DNA of 64,000 nt from Promethearchaeota archaeon (lineage in GTDB: Archaea > Asgardarchaeota > Lokiarchaeia > Sigyniarchaeales > SOKP01). Made by a program: the position numbers and the translations under genes. The stretch spans positions 32,001-96,000 of the forward strand of contig JBHLLU010000007.1 of the NCBI GenBank assembly GCA_048938895.1, in the 5' to 3' direction. The notes below the pieces were generated by a model. That model made no database searches. It was not told the origin of the DNA and worked only from the letters and a program-made list of their open reading frames with translations. Shown here piece after piece: positions 28,306-37,252 of the stretch. Positions within the stretch are counted from its first letter, which is position 1. The number at the start of each line of letters is the position of its first letter.

Positions 28306-29049
28306 TTATTTATATTCAGATTCATCTACAACCAAATTGGGATCAAGTAATCCTTTTTGAATTTTCCTTAATACATAATTCCTAAATTCCTTGCTTGTGA
28401 AATTTCGAGTTTCAAATTGATTAAATTCCTCTACTTTTTCTCCTGATTTATTATTAATTGTTTCAACATCCCGCATGACATATTCAACCATCGTTGCGCC
28501 TAATAATATACTAAATAAAAAGGATGAAATTAAAGCAGCATCTTTTTCTTTGATCTCTCCTTTATCAATTGCTTTTTGAATTACGCGAGTAGTTCCTTCC
28601 AGATATCTAAAGGGCTTATATTCTTTTTCAAATGGTCCTTTTTTTTCTGAGGGAGGAGATCGGATAATGTGCATCATTCGAAAAGCCGCATAATCTTTTT
28701 CTGCAAATTCAAAAAAGTGTTTAAAAATTTTTAGTAATAAATCAACAGTTGAACCGTTAAAATTCTTAATGATCTCCCGGTTTTCATTCCTGTATTGTTC
28801 ATAAAACTTTTTCCTTATCGCAATCCATAGTTCTCGTTTGCTTTCTACATAATTATAGAGATTATTTTGGCTCATACCTAATTTTCTTGCGAGACCACGT
28901 AGTGTGAAACCATGAAGTCCTTGTTCTTGAAATAATTGTTTTCCTACTTCAAGAATTTCATCAAATTGTTGAGCTTTCTTCTCAGGAGACCTACTTCTTG
29001 TTTGTTTTTTACTATTAATATCGCTTTTTCCATCAATCATTGATTTCAC
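28306..29049 (-). CDS. TetR/AcrR family transcriptional regulator
   Basis: ILEVGKQLFQEQGLHGFTLRGLARKLGMSQNNLYNYVESKREL HTH. Confidence 0.92.
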   Translation of the reverse strand: MKSMIDGKSDINSKKQTRSRSPEKKAQQFDEILEVGKQLFQEQGLHGFTLRGLARKLGMSQNNLYNYVESKRELWIAIRKKFYEQYRNENREIIKNFNGSTVDLLLKIFKHFFEFAEKDYAAFRMMHIIRSPPSEKKGPFEKEYKPFRYLEGTTRVIQKAIDKGEIKEKDAALISSFLFSILLGATMVEYVMRDVETINNKSGEKVEEFNQFETRNFTSKEFRNYVLRKIQKGLLDPNLVVDESEYK

Positions 29050-29067
29050 AGAATTTTAAAATGAGTC

Positions 29068-29088
29068 TAAATTCACATAATTAATTTA
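29068..29088. promoter_or_regulatory. Putative TetR operator (degenerate) in the tetR/activase divergent region
   Basis: TAAATTCAC-ATA-ATTAATTTA, two mismatches to the consensus palindrome. Confidence 0.5.
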
Positions 29089-29159
29089 AAATGATTTATT
29101 GTTCAAGTACTTTATGAATTTATTTTCAATTTTTCTAAAAAATATGATGGTGTCTACTT

Positions 29160-30104
29160 ATAGCATCAAAATCTAAAGGTTTAATCTTCAAAATTGAGAG
29201 AATGGCTACTGACGATGGCCCTGGTATTCGTACGACAATTTTTTTTAATTATTGTCCCTTAAATTGCATTTGGTGTCATAATCCAGAATCCATTCCAAAG
29301 AAACCTCAACTTCAATGGATAGATCGTAAATGTATTGGTTGTAATAGTTGTGTAGATGCTTGCCAAGAGAATATCCTATTTTTTGAAGAAGATGGTTTAC
29401 ATATTAATAGAGAGAAATGTACTAGTTGTGGAGATTGTGCAGAAGCCTGTCCAAGTACGGCATTAACTATGTGGGGTAAGTGGTGGGATCTAGATATTCT
29501 TTTTCGCGATATTGAGAAAGAAAAAATATTTTTTGATAAAACAAGAGGAGGTATTACCGTTTCTGGTGGTGAACCTACATTTCAAGCAGATTTTCTCTTA
29601 CAGTTATTAAAATTATGTAAGGAAAATGACATTACTACTGCTTTAGATACTTGTGGATATTCAAGTAAAAAAGTTTATCAAGATTTATTACCCTACGTTG
29701 ATATTGTCCTTTTAGATATAAAAGTCATTGATCCTAAAAAACATGAAGAATATACGGGTGTTCCAAATAAAATAATTTTAGATAATGCTAAATGGATTTC
29801 ACGTTATATCAAAGAAAATGGAAAAGTTATGTGGATAAGAACACCAATAATTCCTCACTATACTGCAACTAAAGAGAATGTTAAAGGAATTGGAGAATTC
29901 ATTGTAAATGAATTAAATAATATTCCTGATCAATGGGATCTATTAAGTTTTAATAAACTATGCGAAATTAAATATTCAAGGTTAGGTCAACCATGGCCTT
30001 TAAAGGATGAGCCCTTAATGACAAAAGAAGAGATGGAAAATTTTCTTGAAATTGCTAAAAATACAGGTGTCAAAAACGTTAAGTGGTCTGGTTTAACTCG
30101 TTGA
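29160..30104 (+). CDS. Glycyl-radical enzyme activating enzyme (radical SAM with 2x[4Fe-4S] insert); probable ATA start
   Basis: DGPGIRTTIF..CPLNCIWCHNPE, CxxCxxCxxxC twice, GGITVSGGEPT, DTCGY, IRTPIIP; conserved GLIFKIER continues in frame upstream of ATG 29202. Confidence 0.92.
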   Translation: MASKSKGLIFKIERMATDDGPGIRTTIFFNYCPLNCIWCHNPESIPKKPQLQWIDRKCIGCNSCVDACQENILFFEEDGLHINREKCTSCGDCAEACPSTALTMWGKWWDLDILFRDIEKEKIFFDKTRGGITVSGGEPTFQADFLLQLLKLCKENDITTALDTCGYSSKKVYQDLLPYVDIVLLDIKVIDPKKHEEYTGVPNKIILDNAKWISRYIKENGKVMWIRTPIIPHYTATKENVKGIGEFIVNELNNIPDQWDLLSFNKLCEIKYSRLGQPWPLKDEPLMTKEEMENFLEIAKNTGVKNVKWSGLTR

Positions 30105-30256
30105 ATCGAAAAAAAACGAATTGCAAATCCTCTATTTCTTATATTTTATATTAAAATATCATTCTCATTTCACATCTTAAACAAGAATATGATCTTGAGT
30201 TTTTTAATTTAAGATTGAAAAATAAAATAGAAAAAATTAAAAAAGTAAAATAAAAT

Positions 30257-32695
30257 TTATATTTCATTGAATACTGTTCTTGCGATAATATCATCCTGAA
30301 GTTCTTTTCTTAGATCTATGAATCGAGCAGAATAACCTGAGACTTTAACGGAAAGATCAGGATATTTCTCTGGATGAGCTTGAGCGTCTCTTAATGTTTC
30401 TGAACTTATTGGATTTATCTGAAGCTCTCGACCTCCCATCTCTAAATAAGCCTCCACTATAGAAGTTAAATGTTCGAGTCCCTCATCTGTTTCTAGTATA
30501 TTCGGATTGATTCTAATATTCATAGTTGCTCCATTCGTTAAATGAGGGTCAGCTGTAGCATAGGCTACTGATCGAAGTGTCATAGTAAGCCCATTCTTTT
30601 CCATACCGTTTGCAGGAGAAATACCATTTGATACAGGTTCATAGGCTAATCTTCCATCTGCAGTCGCCCCCAATGCTTTACCTTCCATAACTTGTGTTCC
30701 GGAAGATACAAGACAATTATGATATATACCATCACCGCCTCTTGCTTTATATTTTCTTGTAATATCACATATAGTAGATGCAACCCATTTTGCTAACTCG
30801 TCTACCTTTTCATCACCATTACCGTATTTGGGAGCTTTATTTCGTAATTTTTCTCGAAGTTCTTCCGCCCCCTTGAAATTATTATTCATATGGTTAACTA
30901 ATTCTTCCATGCTCACTAATTTCTCTTCAAAAACTGCCCATCGAATTGCTGCTAAGGAGTCTGCGACACCACCAAGTCCTTGAGACCCCATTGGGTTGTT
31001 GTTATATTTAGCTCCGTTTCTAGTTGCATCCATTCCGCTTTCGAGACATCCTTCTATCGTAGATGATAGCAATGGGGAAGGTAGGTAATCTGCAAATGCT
31101 TTATCCTTTAACTCAGCCTTTTGTACCGTGAGATCTATAGCAAATTTAAGCTGTTCTACATAAGCTTTCTTGACATCTTCAAAAGATTTAAAAGTTTTAG
31201 CTGGGGGTGTTTTCACTCCAACAGTTTTATTTCCTGAAAAAATAGTGCGTCCTTCATTTAATGCCATGTTAAGAAGGATTGAAATCTGAATAGCATTCCC
31301 TGCAGTATAAGAGAAATCATTACCAGTACCATGGGGTTCCACGCATCCCACAAGTGAATAATCTCTAGCATCCTCTAATGAATATCCAGTATTATGAAGT
31401 TGTGGGACTAGAACTTCATCATTATGAATGCCCATTCCAGCTGTATATTTAAAAGCTTCAATTGTCCTTTTCAGAAAATTATGGGGTGTCTTGGAAGAAA
31501 TTCGTATTGATATTGTATTTAATAAGCTTTTTACATTTGCAACAGCCTCAAGAAACATGTATGATACATCATTAGTAGCGTCATTTCCATCCTTGTCTAG
31601 TCCACCGATAGTTACATTATTCTGTCCTGCGATAACGACAGAAGCAAGTTTAACTAAATACTCCTCAACGAGTTCTAAAGCTTCTTCATAAGTAATACGG
31701 CCTTCGGCTAAATCAGCGGCATAATATGGGTAAAGATATTGGTCAACGCGTCCTTGAGAAAATATATTTCCTTCACCATAACTCATTTCCATGACGACAT
31801 TAGTCATCCATATTGATTGAAGTGCTTCTATAAATGTTCTTGGTGGAAGGGCAGGTACTCGTCTTGTGCGTTCAGCAATTTCTAAGAGTTCAGCCTTTCT
31901 TGTTTCTGAAGCATTTTCTGCCATTTCCACTGCAAGATCAGCATAACGATTGGAATAATCGCAGGCAGTTCTTGCTGCAACTACGACTGATTCATAAAAA
32001 TCCTTGCGTTGGTCATATTTTTCATCAGTCTCCCTGAGTTTCGTAAGCCCTTCTTCTGCCATTTTTTCAATTCCTCTAAATCCCATTTTAAGAACTCGTC
32101 TATATCCAGGAATAACATGTCCTTGACCACTAGCACCTGCAAATATATCAGTGCCGCCCCGAGATCTACCCATAGGACTTAGTTCAGACTCTGCTGTAGT
32201 TAAACCTGCTTTTTCCCAATATTCTCTTTTCCGAGCTGCTACTGTTCTTCCTTTCCAGAAGGGGACGATTTCATTTTTCAACTCATCCATTTCTTCCTTT
32301 GGTAAGGGAAGATATCGATTAAGGAAAGTAAATTTTTTGGCAAACCCATCTCTTATTCTTTTATCTATTGCATCATTAAAGATAAACCCAAAAATACTAG
32401 CACGCATTCCACGTTCTATTTCAATTGGATCGGCTCTTACCTTACTAGATTTTACACCCACAAGAAGCTCATCGTTCTCAATCCTAATCGGTAAGCGATG
32501 TAAGAATTCCTCTAATGCTTTAGCATTCTTCATACAGGGCGGAGCATCTTCCATTTGTTTATATATTATTGTATAACACCGAGCTCGTTCAATATCAAGT
32601 TCTCTAGGCATAGAAAGCATTCTATCTCTAATCTTTCGAACCCTCTCGGAAGGAATCCCTTGAAGAGGGGTCATTTTAATACCTTGAACAACCAT
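30257..32695 (-). CDS. Glycyl radical enzyme (PFL superfamily, eliminase-like), copy 1
   Basis: GRVDQYLYPYY, VGCVEP Cys loop, APKYGNGD, ATADGR, Gly loop VKVSGYSARF. Confidence 0.93.
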   Translation of the reverse strand: MVVQGIKMTPLQGIPSERVRKIRDRMLSMPRELDIERARCYTIIYKQMEDAPPCMKNAKALEEFLHRLPIRIENDELLVGVKSSKVRADPIEIERGMRASIFGFIFNDAIDKRIRDGFAKKFTFLNRYLPLPKEEMDELKNEIVPFWKGRTVAARKREYWEKAGLTTAESELSPMGRSRGGTDIFAGASGQGHVIPGYRRVLKMGFRGIEKMAEEGLTKLRETDEKYDQRKDFYESVVVAARTACDYSNRYADLAVEMAENASETRKAELLEIAERTRRVPALPPRTFIEALQSIWMTNVVMEMSYGEGNIFSQGRVDQYLYPYYAADLAEGRITYEEALELVEEYLVKLASVVIAGQNNVTIGGLDKDGNDATNDVSYMFLEAVANVKSLLNTISIRISSKTPHNFLKRTIEAFKYTAGMGIHNDEVLVPQLHNTGYSLEDARDYSLVGCVEPHGTGNDFSYTAGNAIQISILLNMALNEGRTIFSGNKTVGVKTPPAKTFKSFEDVKKAYVEQLKFAIDLTVQKAELKDKAFADYLPSPLLSSTIEGCLESGMDATRNGAKYNNNPMGSQGLGGVADSLAAIRWAVFEEKLVSMEELVNHMNNNFKGAEELREKLRNKAPKYGNGDEKVDELAKWVASTICDITRKYKARGGDGIYHNCLVSSGTQVMEGKALGATADGRLAYEPVSNGISPANGMEKNGLTMTLRSVAYATADPHLTNGATMNIRINPNILETDEGLEHLTSIVEAYLEMGGRELQINPISSETLRDAQAHPEKYPDLSVKVSGYSARFIDLRKELQDDIIARTVFNEI

Positions 32696-32721
32696 AATTC
32701 TTATATTGTTTTTTTATTATT

Positions 32722-32750
32722 TAAATTAACTATGTTAATTTATTTATAAA
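32722..32750 (-). promoter_or_regulatory. TATA box plus palindromic operator upstream of GRE copy 1
   Basis: Perfect TAAATTAAC-TAT-GTTAATTTA (32722-32742) abutting TTTATAAA (32743-32750). Confidence 0.7.
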
Positions 32751-32893
32751 TTATTGTAATAATGTATAATCTTTTATAAAAAATTTTGTAATAAAGTTAA
32801 TTTTATTTAGTTTTAGCAAGTAAGTTAAAAGAAAGAATTTCTTTAAGGCTATTTAAAAATATTAATAAAAATTAAAAAAATGAAAACTAAATT

Positions 32894-35323
32894 TTATAAT
32901 TCATTAAATACTGTACGGGAAATGATGTCATTTTGAAGACTTCTACCCACTTCTATAAAACGAGCAGAATAACCTGTAACCTTAACTGATAAGTCAGGGT
33001 ATTTTTCTGGATGAGCTTGAGCGTCTCTTAATGTTTCTGAACTTACTGGATTAATTTGAAGTTCTCTTCCTCCTATTTCTAAATAAGCTTCAACAATAGA
33101 AGTTAACTTATCTACACCCTCTTCTGTTTCTATTAAACTGGGATTGATCCTTATGTTCATTGATGCTCCACCGGTTAGGAGGGCATCTTTTGTCGCGTAA
33201 GCTACTGATCGGAGCGTCATAGTAAGCCCATTTTTCTCTGTTCCGTTTGCAGGAGATATGCCGTTAGAAACAGCTTCACCAGATAATCTTCCATCGGGAG
33301 TAGCTCCTAACATTTTACCCTCAAGTATATTAAGTCCTGAAGATACAAAATATGTGCGATAAATACCAGCACCACCTCTGGCAGGATATTTTCTCACAAT
33401 ATCACATAAAGTATTCGCAACCCATATTGCTAGTTCATCTGTCCGTTCATCACCATTACCGTATTTGGGAGCCTTATTTCTTAAAAGTTCTTTAAGTTTC
33501 TCTGCTCCCTTGAAATTATTATTCAGATGCGTAACTAATTCTTCCATTGTTAACAACTTTTCTTCGAATACAGCCCAACGAATTGCTGCTAATGAATTGG
33601 TTACGGTTGCTAATGCTTGACAGCCAATAGGGTTGTTATTATAGAGCGCTCCATTTCGAGTTACATCTTTTCCACTCTCTAGACATCCCTCTATTGTAGA
33701 TGAAAGCAAGGGGGAAGGAAAATAATCTGCATATACTTTATCCTTTAGTTCAGCCTTTTTCACCACTAAATCTACTCCAAAGGAAAGCTGGTCTACAAAA
33801 GCTTGTTTCACATCTTCGAAAGTTTTAAATGTACTTGGATGAGGGGTTTTTGCTCCAAATTGGCGGTTCCCTGCTATAATCATTTGTCCTTCGTTTAAAG
33901 CCATATGTAAAACGGTTGACAATCGAACACCATTACCTGCAGTGTATGAAAAATCAAAACCTGTACCATGAGGTTCTACACAACCTACAAGTGAGTAATC
34001 TCGGGCATGTTCTAGTGAATAGCCATCTTCTTGAAGCTGTGGTACTAAGATTTCATCATTATGAATGCCCATTCCACCTGTGTATTTAAAAGCTTCAATA
34101 GTTCTTTTCACAAAATCCCGAGGTGTCTTGGAAGAAATCCGTATTGATATTGTATTCAATAAACTTTTTACATTTGCAACAGCTTCAAGAAACATATAAG
34201 ATATATCATTTGTGGTATCATTTCCATCCTTATCTAATCCTCCAATAGTTATATTATTCTGTCCTGCGATAACAACAGAAGCAAGTTTAACTAAATATTC
34301 CTCAATGGCTTCCAAAGCTTCCTCATAAGTAATCCGTCCTTCTGCTAAATCAGCTGCATAATAAGGATAAAGATATTGATCTACTCGTCCTTGAGAAAAT
34401 ATATTACCATTACCATAGCTCATTTCCATGACGACGTTGGTCATCCATACCGATTGAAGTGCTTCCATGAAACTTCTGGGTGGGAGGGAAGGCACTCTTC
34501 TTGTCCGTTCAGCGATATCTAAAAGTTCTGCTCTTCTATGTTCTGGTGCATTTTCAGCCATCTCTATTGCCAGATTTGCGTAACGATTAGAATAATCACA
34601 AACAGCTTTGGAACAAACTTGAACTGCTTCATAAAAAGTCTTGCGATTTTCGTAATCCTCATCATCTTCTTTAAGTTTTTCAAGTTCTTCGATAGCTCGT
34701 TTTTCTATTCCTTTAAATCCTATTTTAAGAACTCGTTTATACCCTGGAATGGTATGACCCTGCATATTTGCATAAAATGGGTTAATCCAACTCTCAGCTC
34801 GTTCCATAGAACTCTTTTTCTCCTTGAATAAGCCTGCTTCGATCCAAAGTTTTTCTTTCAGGTCCGTTAATGTCTTCCCTTTCCAAACTGGGATAATATC
34901 ATTTTTCAATTCGTCAAGTTCTTCTTCTGTAAAAGGGACATAACGTCTAAGGATGGGATTACGCCTGCGGAAATAATCTTTAGTTTTTTCGTCTATTGAA
35001 TCATCTAAAAGAAAATCATATGTTCGAACATGCCTTCCAAGTTCTATTTCAAAAGGATCAGCTCGTATTTTACTGGATTTTACTCCTACAAGAATTTCAT
35101 CAGTGTCAATCCTAATAGGGAGGCAGCGCAAAAATTCTTCTAATGCTTTAGCCTTTTTCATGTAGGGATGAGCATCTTCCATCTGTTTCCAAATCCTTGA
35201 ATAGCATCGTGCTCGCTCAAGATCATATTCGAAGGGTTGGGATAACATTTTGTCCCTAATTTTACGAACCCTTTCTGTAGGAATACCTTGAAGTGGAGTC
35301 AATCTGATATCTTGAACTACCAT
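32894..35323 (-). CDS. Glycyl radical enzyme (PFL superfamily, eliminase-like), copy 2
   Basis: GRVDQYLYPYY, VGCVEP, APKYGNGD, ATPDGR, VKVTGYSARF; colinear paralog of copy 1. Confidence 0.93.
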   Translation of the reverse strand: MVVQDIRLTPLQGIPTERVRKIRDKMLSQPFEYDLERARCYSRIWKQMEDAHPYMKKAKALEEFLRCLPIRIDTDEILVGVKSSKIRADPFEIELGRHVRTYDFLLDDSIDEKTKDYFRRRNPILRRYVPFTEEELDELKNDIIPVWKGKTLTDLKEKLWIEAGLFKEKKSSMERAESWINPFYANMQGHTIPGYKRVLKIGFKGIEKRAIEELEKLKEDDEDYENRKTFYEAVQVCSKAVCDYSNRYANLAIEMAENAPEHRRAELLDIAERTRRVPSLPPRSFMEALQSVWMTNVVMEMSYGNGNIFSQGRVDQYLYPYYAADLAEGRITYEEALEAIEEYLVKLASVVIAGQNNITIGGLDKDGNDTTNDISYMFLEAVANVKSLLNTISIRISSKTPRDFVKRTIEAFKYTGGMGIHNDEILVPQLQEDGYSLEHARDYSLVGCVEPHGTGFDFSYTAGNGVRLSTVLHMALNEGQMIIAGNRQFGAKTPHPSTFKTFEDVKQAFVDQLSFGVDLVVKKAELKDKVYADYFPSPLLSSTIEGCLESGKDVTRNGALYNNNPIGCQALATVTNSLAAIRWAVFEEKLLTMEELVTHLNNNFKGAEKLKELLRNKAPKYGNGDERTDELAIWVANTLCDIVRKYPARGGAGIYRTYFVSSGLNILEGKMLGATPDGRLSGEAVSNGISPANGTEKNGLTMTLRSVAYATKDALLTGGASMNIRINPSLIETEEGVDKLTSIVEAYLEIGGRELQINPVSSETLRDAQAHPEKYPDLSVKVTGYSARFIEVGRSLQNDIISRTVFNEL

Positions 35324-35350
35324 AATTCAATTATTGTTTTTTTATTATTT

Positions 35351-35379
35351 TAAATTAACTATGTAAATTTATTTATAAA
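35351..35379 (-). promoter_or_regulatory. TATA box plus palindromic operator upstream of GRE copy 2
   Basis: TAAATTAAC-TAT-GTAAATTTA (35351-35371) abutting TTTATAAA (35372-35379). Confidence 0.7.
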
Positions 35380-35483
35380 TTATACATCACTAATTTTATA
35401 GAAAATTGGGATTTAAATTAATAGTTTTTAAATTAATAGTGCTGTCATAAATAAGTACAAGAATAAAAGACGTACTTTGCCCA

Positions 35484-37232
35484 TTATTCCACAGATAAAC
35501 TCTCTTTAGGTTCTTGAATTTCTGATCGTATCGACGTAGGAGGATTTACACACCAAATATAATGTCCCTCCTCGACTTTTATCCTATGAGGTAATTCAAA
35601 TTCACATTCTTTAGTACGTGCATCTGAAGAGCAGCGTGGATTAAAAGTGCATCCCGGTGGGGGTGCTATAGGACTTGGAACTTCTCCTTTAATAACAAAA
35701 CTGATTTCTTGATTGTATGGATCAATGTCAGAATGTGAAGAAAGAAGTGCTTGAGTATACGGATGAGTGGGTCTTTTAAAAACTTGTTCTTTACTTCCAA
35801 CTTCTACAATTTTTCCAAGATACATGACAGCAACACGATCAGCAATATAATTTACAACAGCTAAATTATGAGTAATAAACAGATATCCATACCCATATTG
35901 TGCTTGTAACTCTCTAAGAAGATTGAGTATTTGTGCTTGAACTGATACATCTAGTGCCGAAGTTGGCTCGTCTAAGATAATTAATTCAGGATTACATGCC
36001 AATGCTCTCGCAATAACAATTCTTTGCTTCTGACCACCAGAAAATTCATGCGGGTAGCGATCCATATGCTCTCGTTTTAAGGAAACTTCGTCCAGCAATC
36101 TTAATACACGTTTTCTGATTTCTATTTTATCTGTAACAGCAAGTAAATTTCTGAGCGGTTCTGCTATTATATCAACTATTTTCATACGTGGATTTAAAGA
36201 TGCATCTGGATCTTGAAAAACCATTTGTATCTTATGTCTTAAATAAGCAGAATAATCTGGAGGGATTGATTTATTTTGGAACAACATTTCTCCTTCGGTC
36301 TTATCTACCAAACCTAGAACAGCTTTAGCAACTGTTGTTTTCCCACATCCACTTTCTCCTACTAAACCCAATGTCTCACCAGTTTTTATGCTAAAAGAGA
36401 TTCCATTAACTGCCTTCACAGCACCAATTTGCCTTTTAAGGGTTCCTTTATAGAGGGGATAGTGTACTTTAAGATCTTTTACGTTAAGTAAAGCTTTATC
36501 TTTCTCAAGAACAGTTAAACCTCTGAGTTCTGTTAGTTCTATGGTTTGGTAAGCTATGAATTTCACAACCACGATAACAATAATTGCTATAATAAAACTA
36601 AATAAGATATTACTAAAAGCATTCTTAAGAAATTTGTCTTGTTGAGTAATAAAGGTTAATATTAAATAATAGACTCCAGGTGCTATGCTACCAAAAGCAA
36701 GAGGTATCCTATGTTGCACTAATTGTATTTTATTGCCCCAATAAGCCAGTAAAATAGATAATCCGAAAAGAAAGAGAAAACCTAGAGCAAAAGTAAATTT
36801 TGACCCATCTAAATCATCATTTCCTTCAATTAGCCAGATATTAAGGATCTTAGGAAGAGCATTTAAAAACAACGATATTACTAGTAAAATACCTTGAATG
36901 AATCCAATAATTTTGATGGACTCAAAAAAATTTTTATTATAAAATCCCCATAAAACTAATACACCAATAGGGATAAATAGTATTGCATTTACAAAAATCA
37001 GTATTAAAGAGGAATCAATGATAGAATTCAATATAATAAAAGTGAAGACCAATAAAAGTGAATAACCTAATTGAATCAAAGTGAAAAGTAACCAAATAGA
37101 ATTTATTACGAGAGCAATCTTCGTTGAATTCTCCCACATCTTCGATCTTATATAACTTCTCATGATAAAAAATCCAATTATGAATAGAATAACTGGAAAA
37201 ATAATAATTTCAGATATATCAACCATGATCAT
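35484..37232 (-). CDS. OppF/DppF-type ABC ATPase fused to N-terminal multi-TM domain
   Basis: GESGCGKTT, FQDP, YPHEFSGGQKQR, DEPTSALD, HPYT, C-terminal Cys motif; first ~225 aa strongly hydrophobic. Confidence 0.88.
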   Translation of the reverse strand: MIMVDISEIIIFPVILFIIGFFIMRSYIRSKMWENSTKIALVINSIWLLFTLIQLGYSLLLVFTFIILNSIIDSSLILIFVNAILFIPIGVLVLWGFYNKNFFESIKIIGFIQGILLVISLFLNALPKILNIWLIEGNDDLDGSKFTFALGFLFLFGLSILLAYWGNKIQLVQHRIPLAFGSIAPGVYYLILTFITQQDKFLKNAFSNILFSFIIAIIVIVVVKFIAYQTIELTELRGLTVLEKDKALLNVKDLKVHYPLYKGTLKRQIGAVKAVNGISFSIKTGETLGLVGESGCGKTTVAKAVLGLVDKTEGEMLFQNKSIPPDYSAYLRHKIQMVFQDPDASLNPRMKIVDIIAEPLRNLLAVTDKIEIRKRVLRLLDEVSLKREHMDRYPHEFSGGQKQRIVIARALACNPELIILDEPTSALDVSVQAQILNLLRELQAQYGYGYLFITHNLAVVNYIADRVAVMYLGKIVEVGSKEQVFKRPTHPYTQALLSSHSDIDPYNQEISFVIKGEVPSPIAPPPGCTFNPRCSSDARTKECEFELPHRIKVEEGHYIWCVNPPTSIRSEIQEPKESLSVE

Positions 37233-37252
37233 AAATAACCTCTAATTATTCT

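Noticed and set aside
30257-35323. Calling the GREs pyruvate formate-lyase, choline TMA-lyase or benzylsuccinate synthase
   Set aside because: No CC pair, no small subunits, and substrate-loop motifs do not match these classes.
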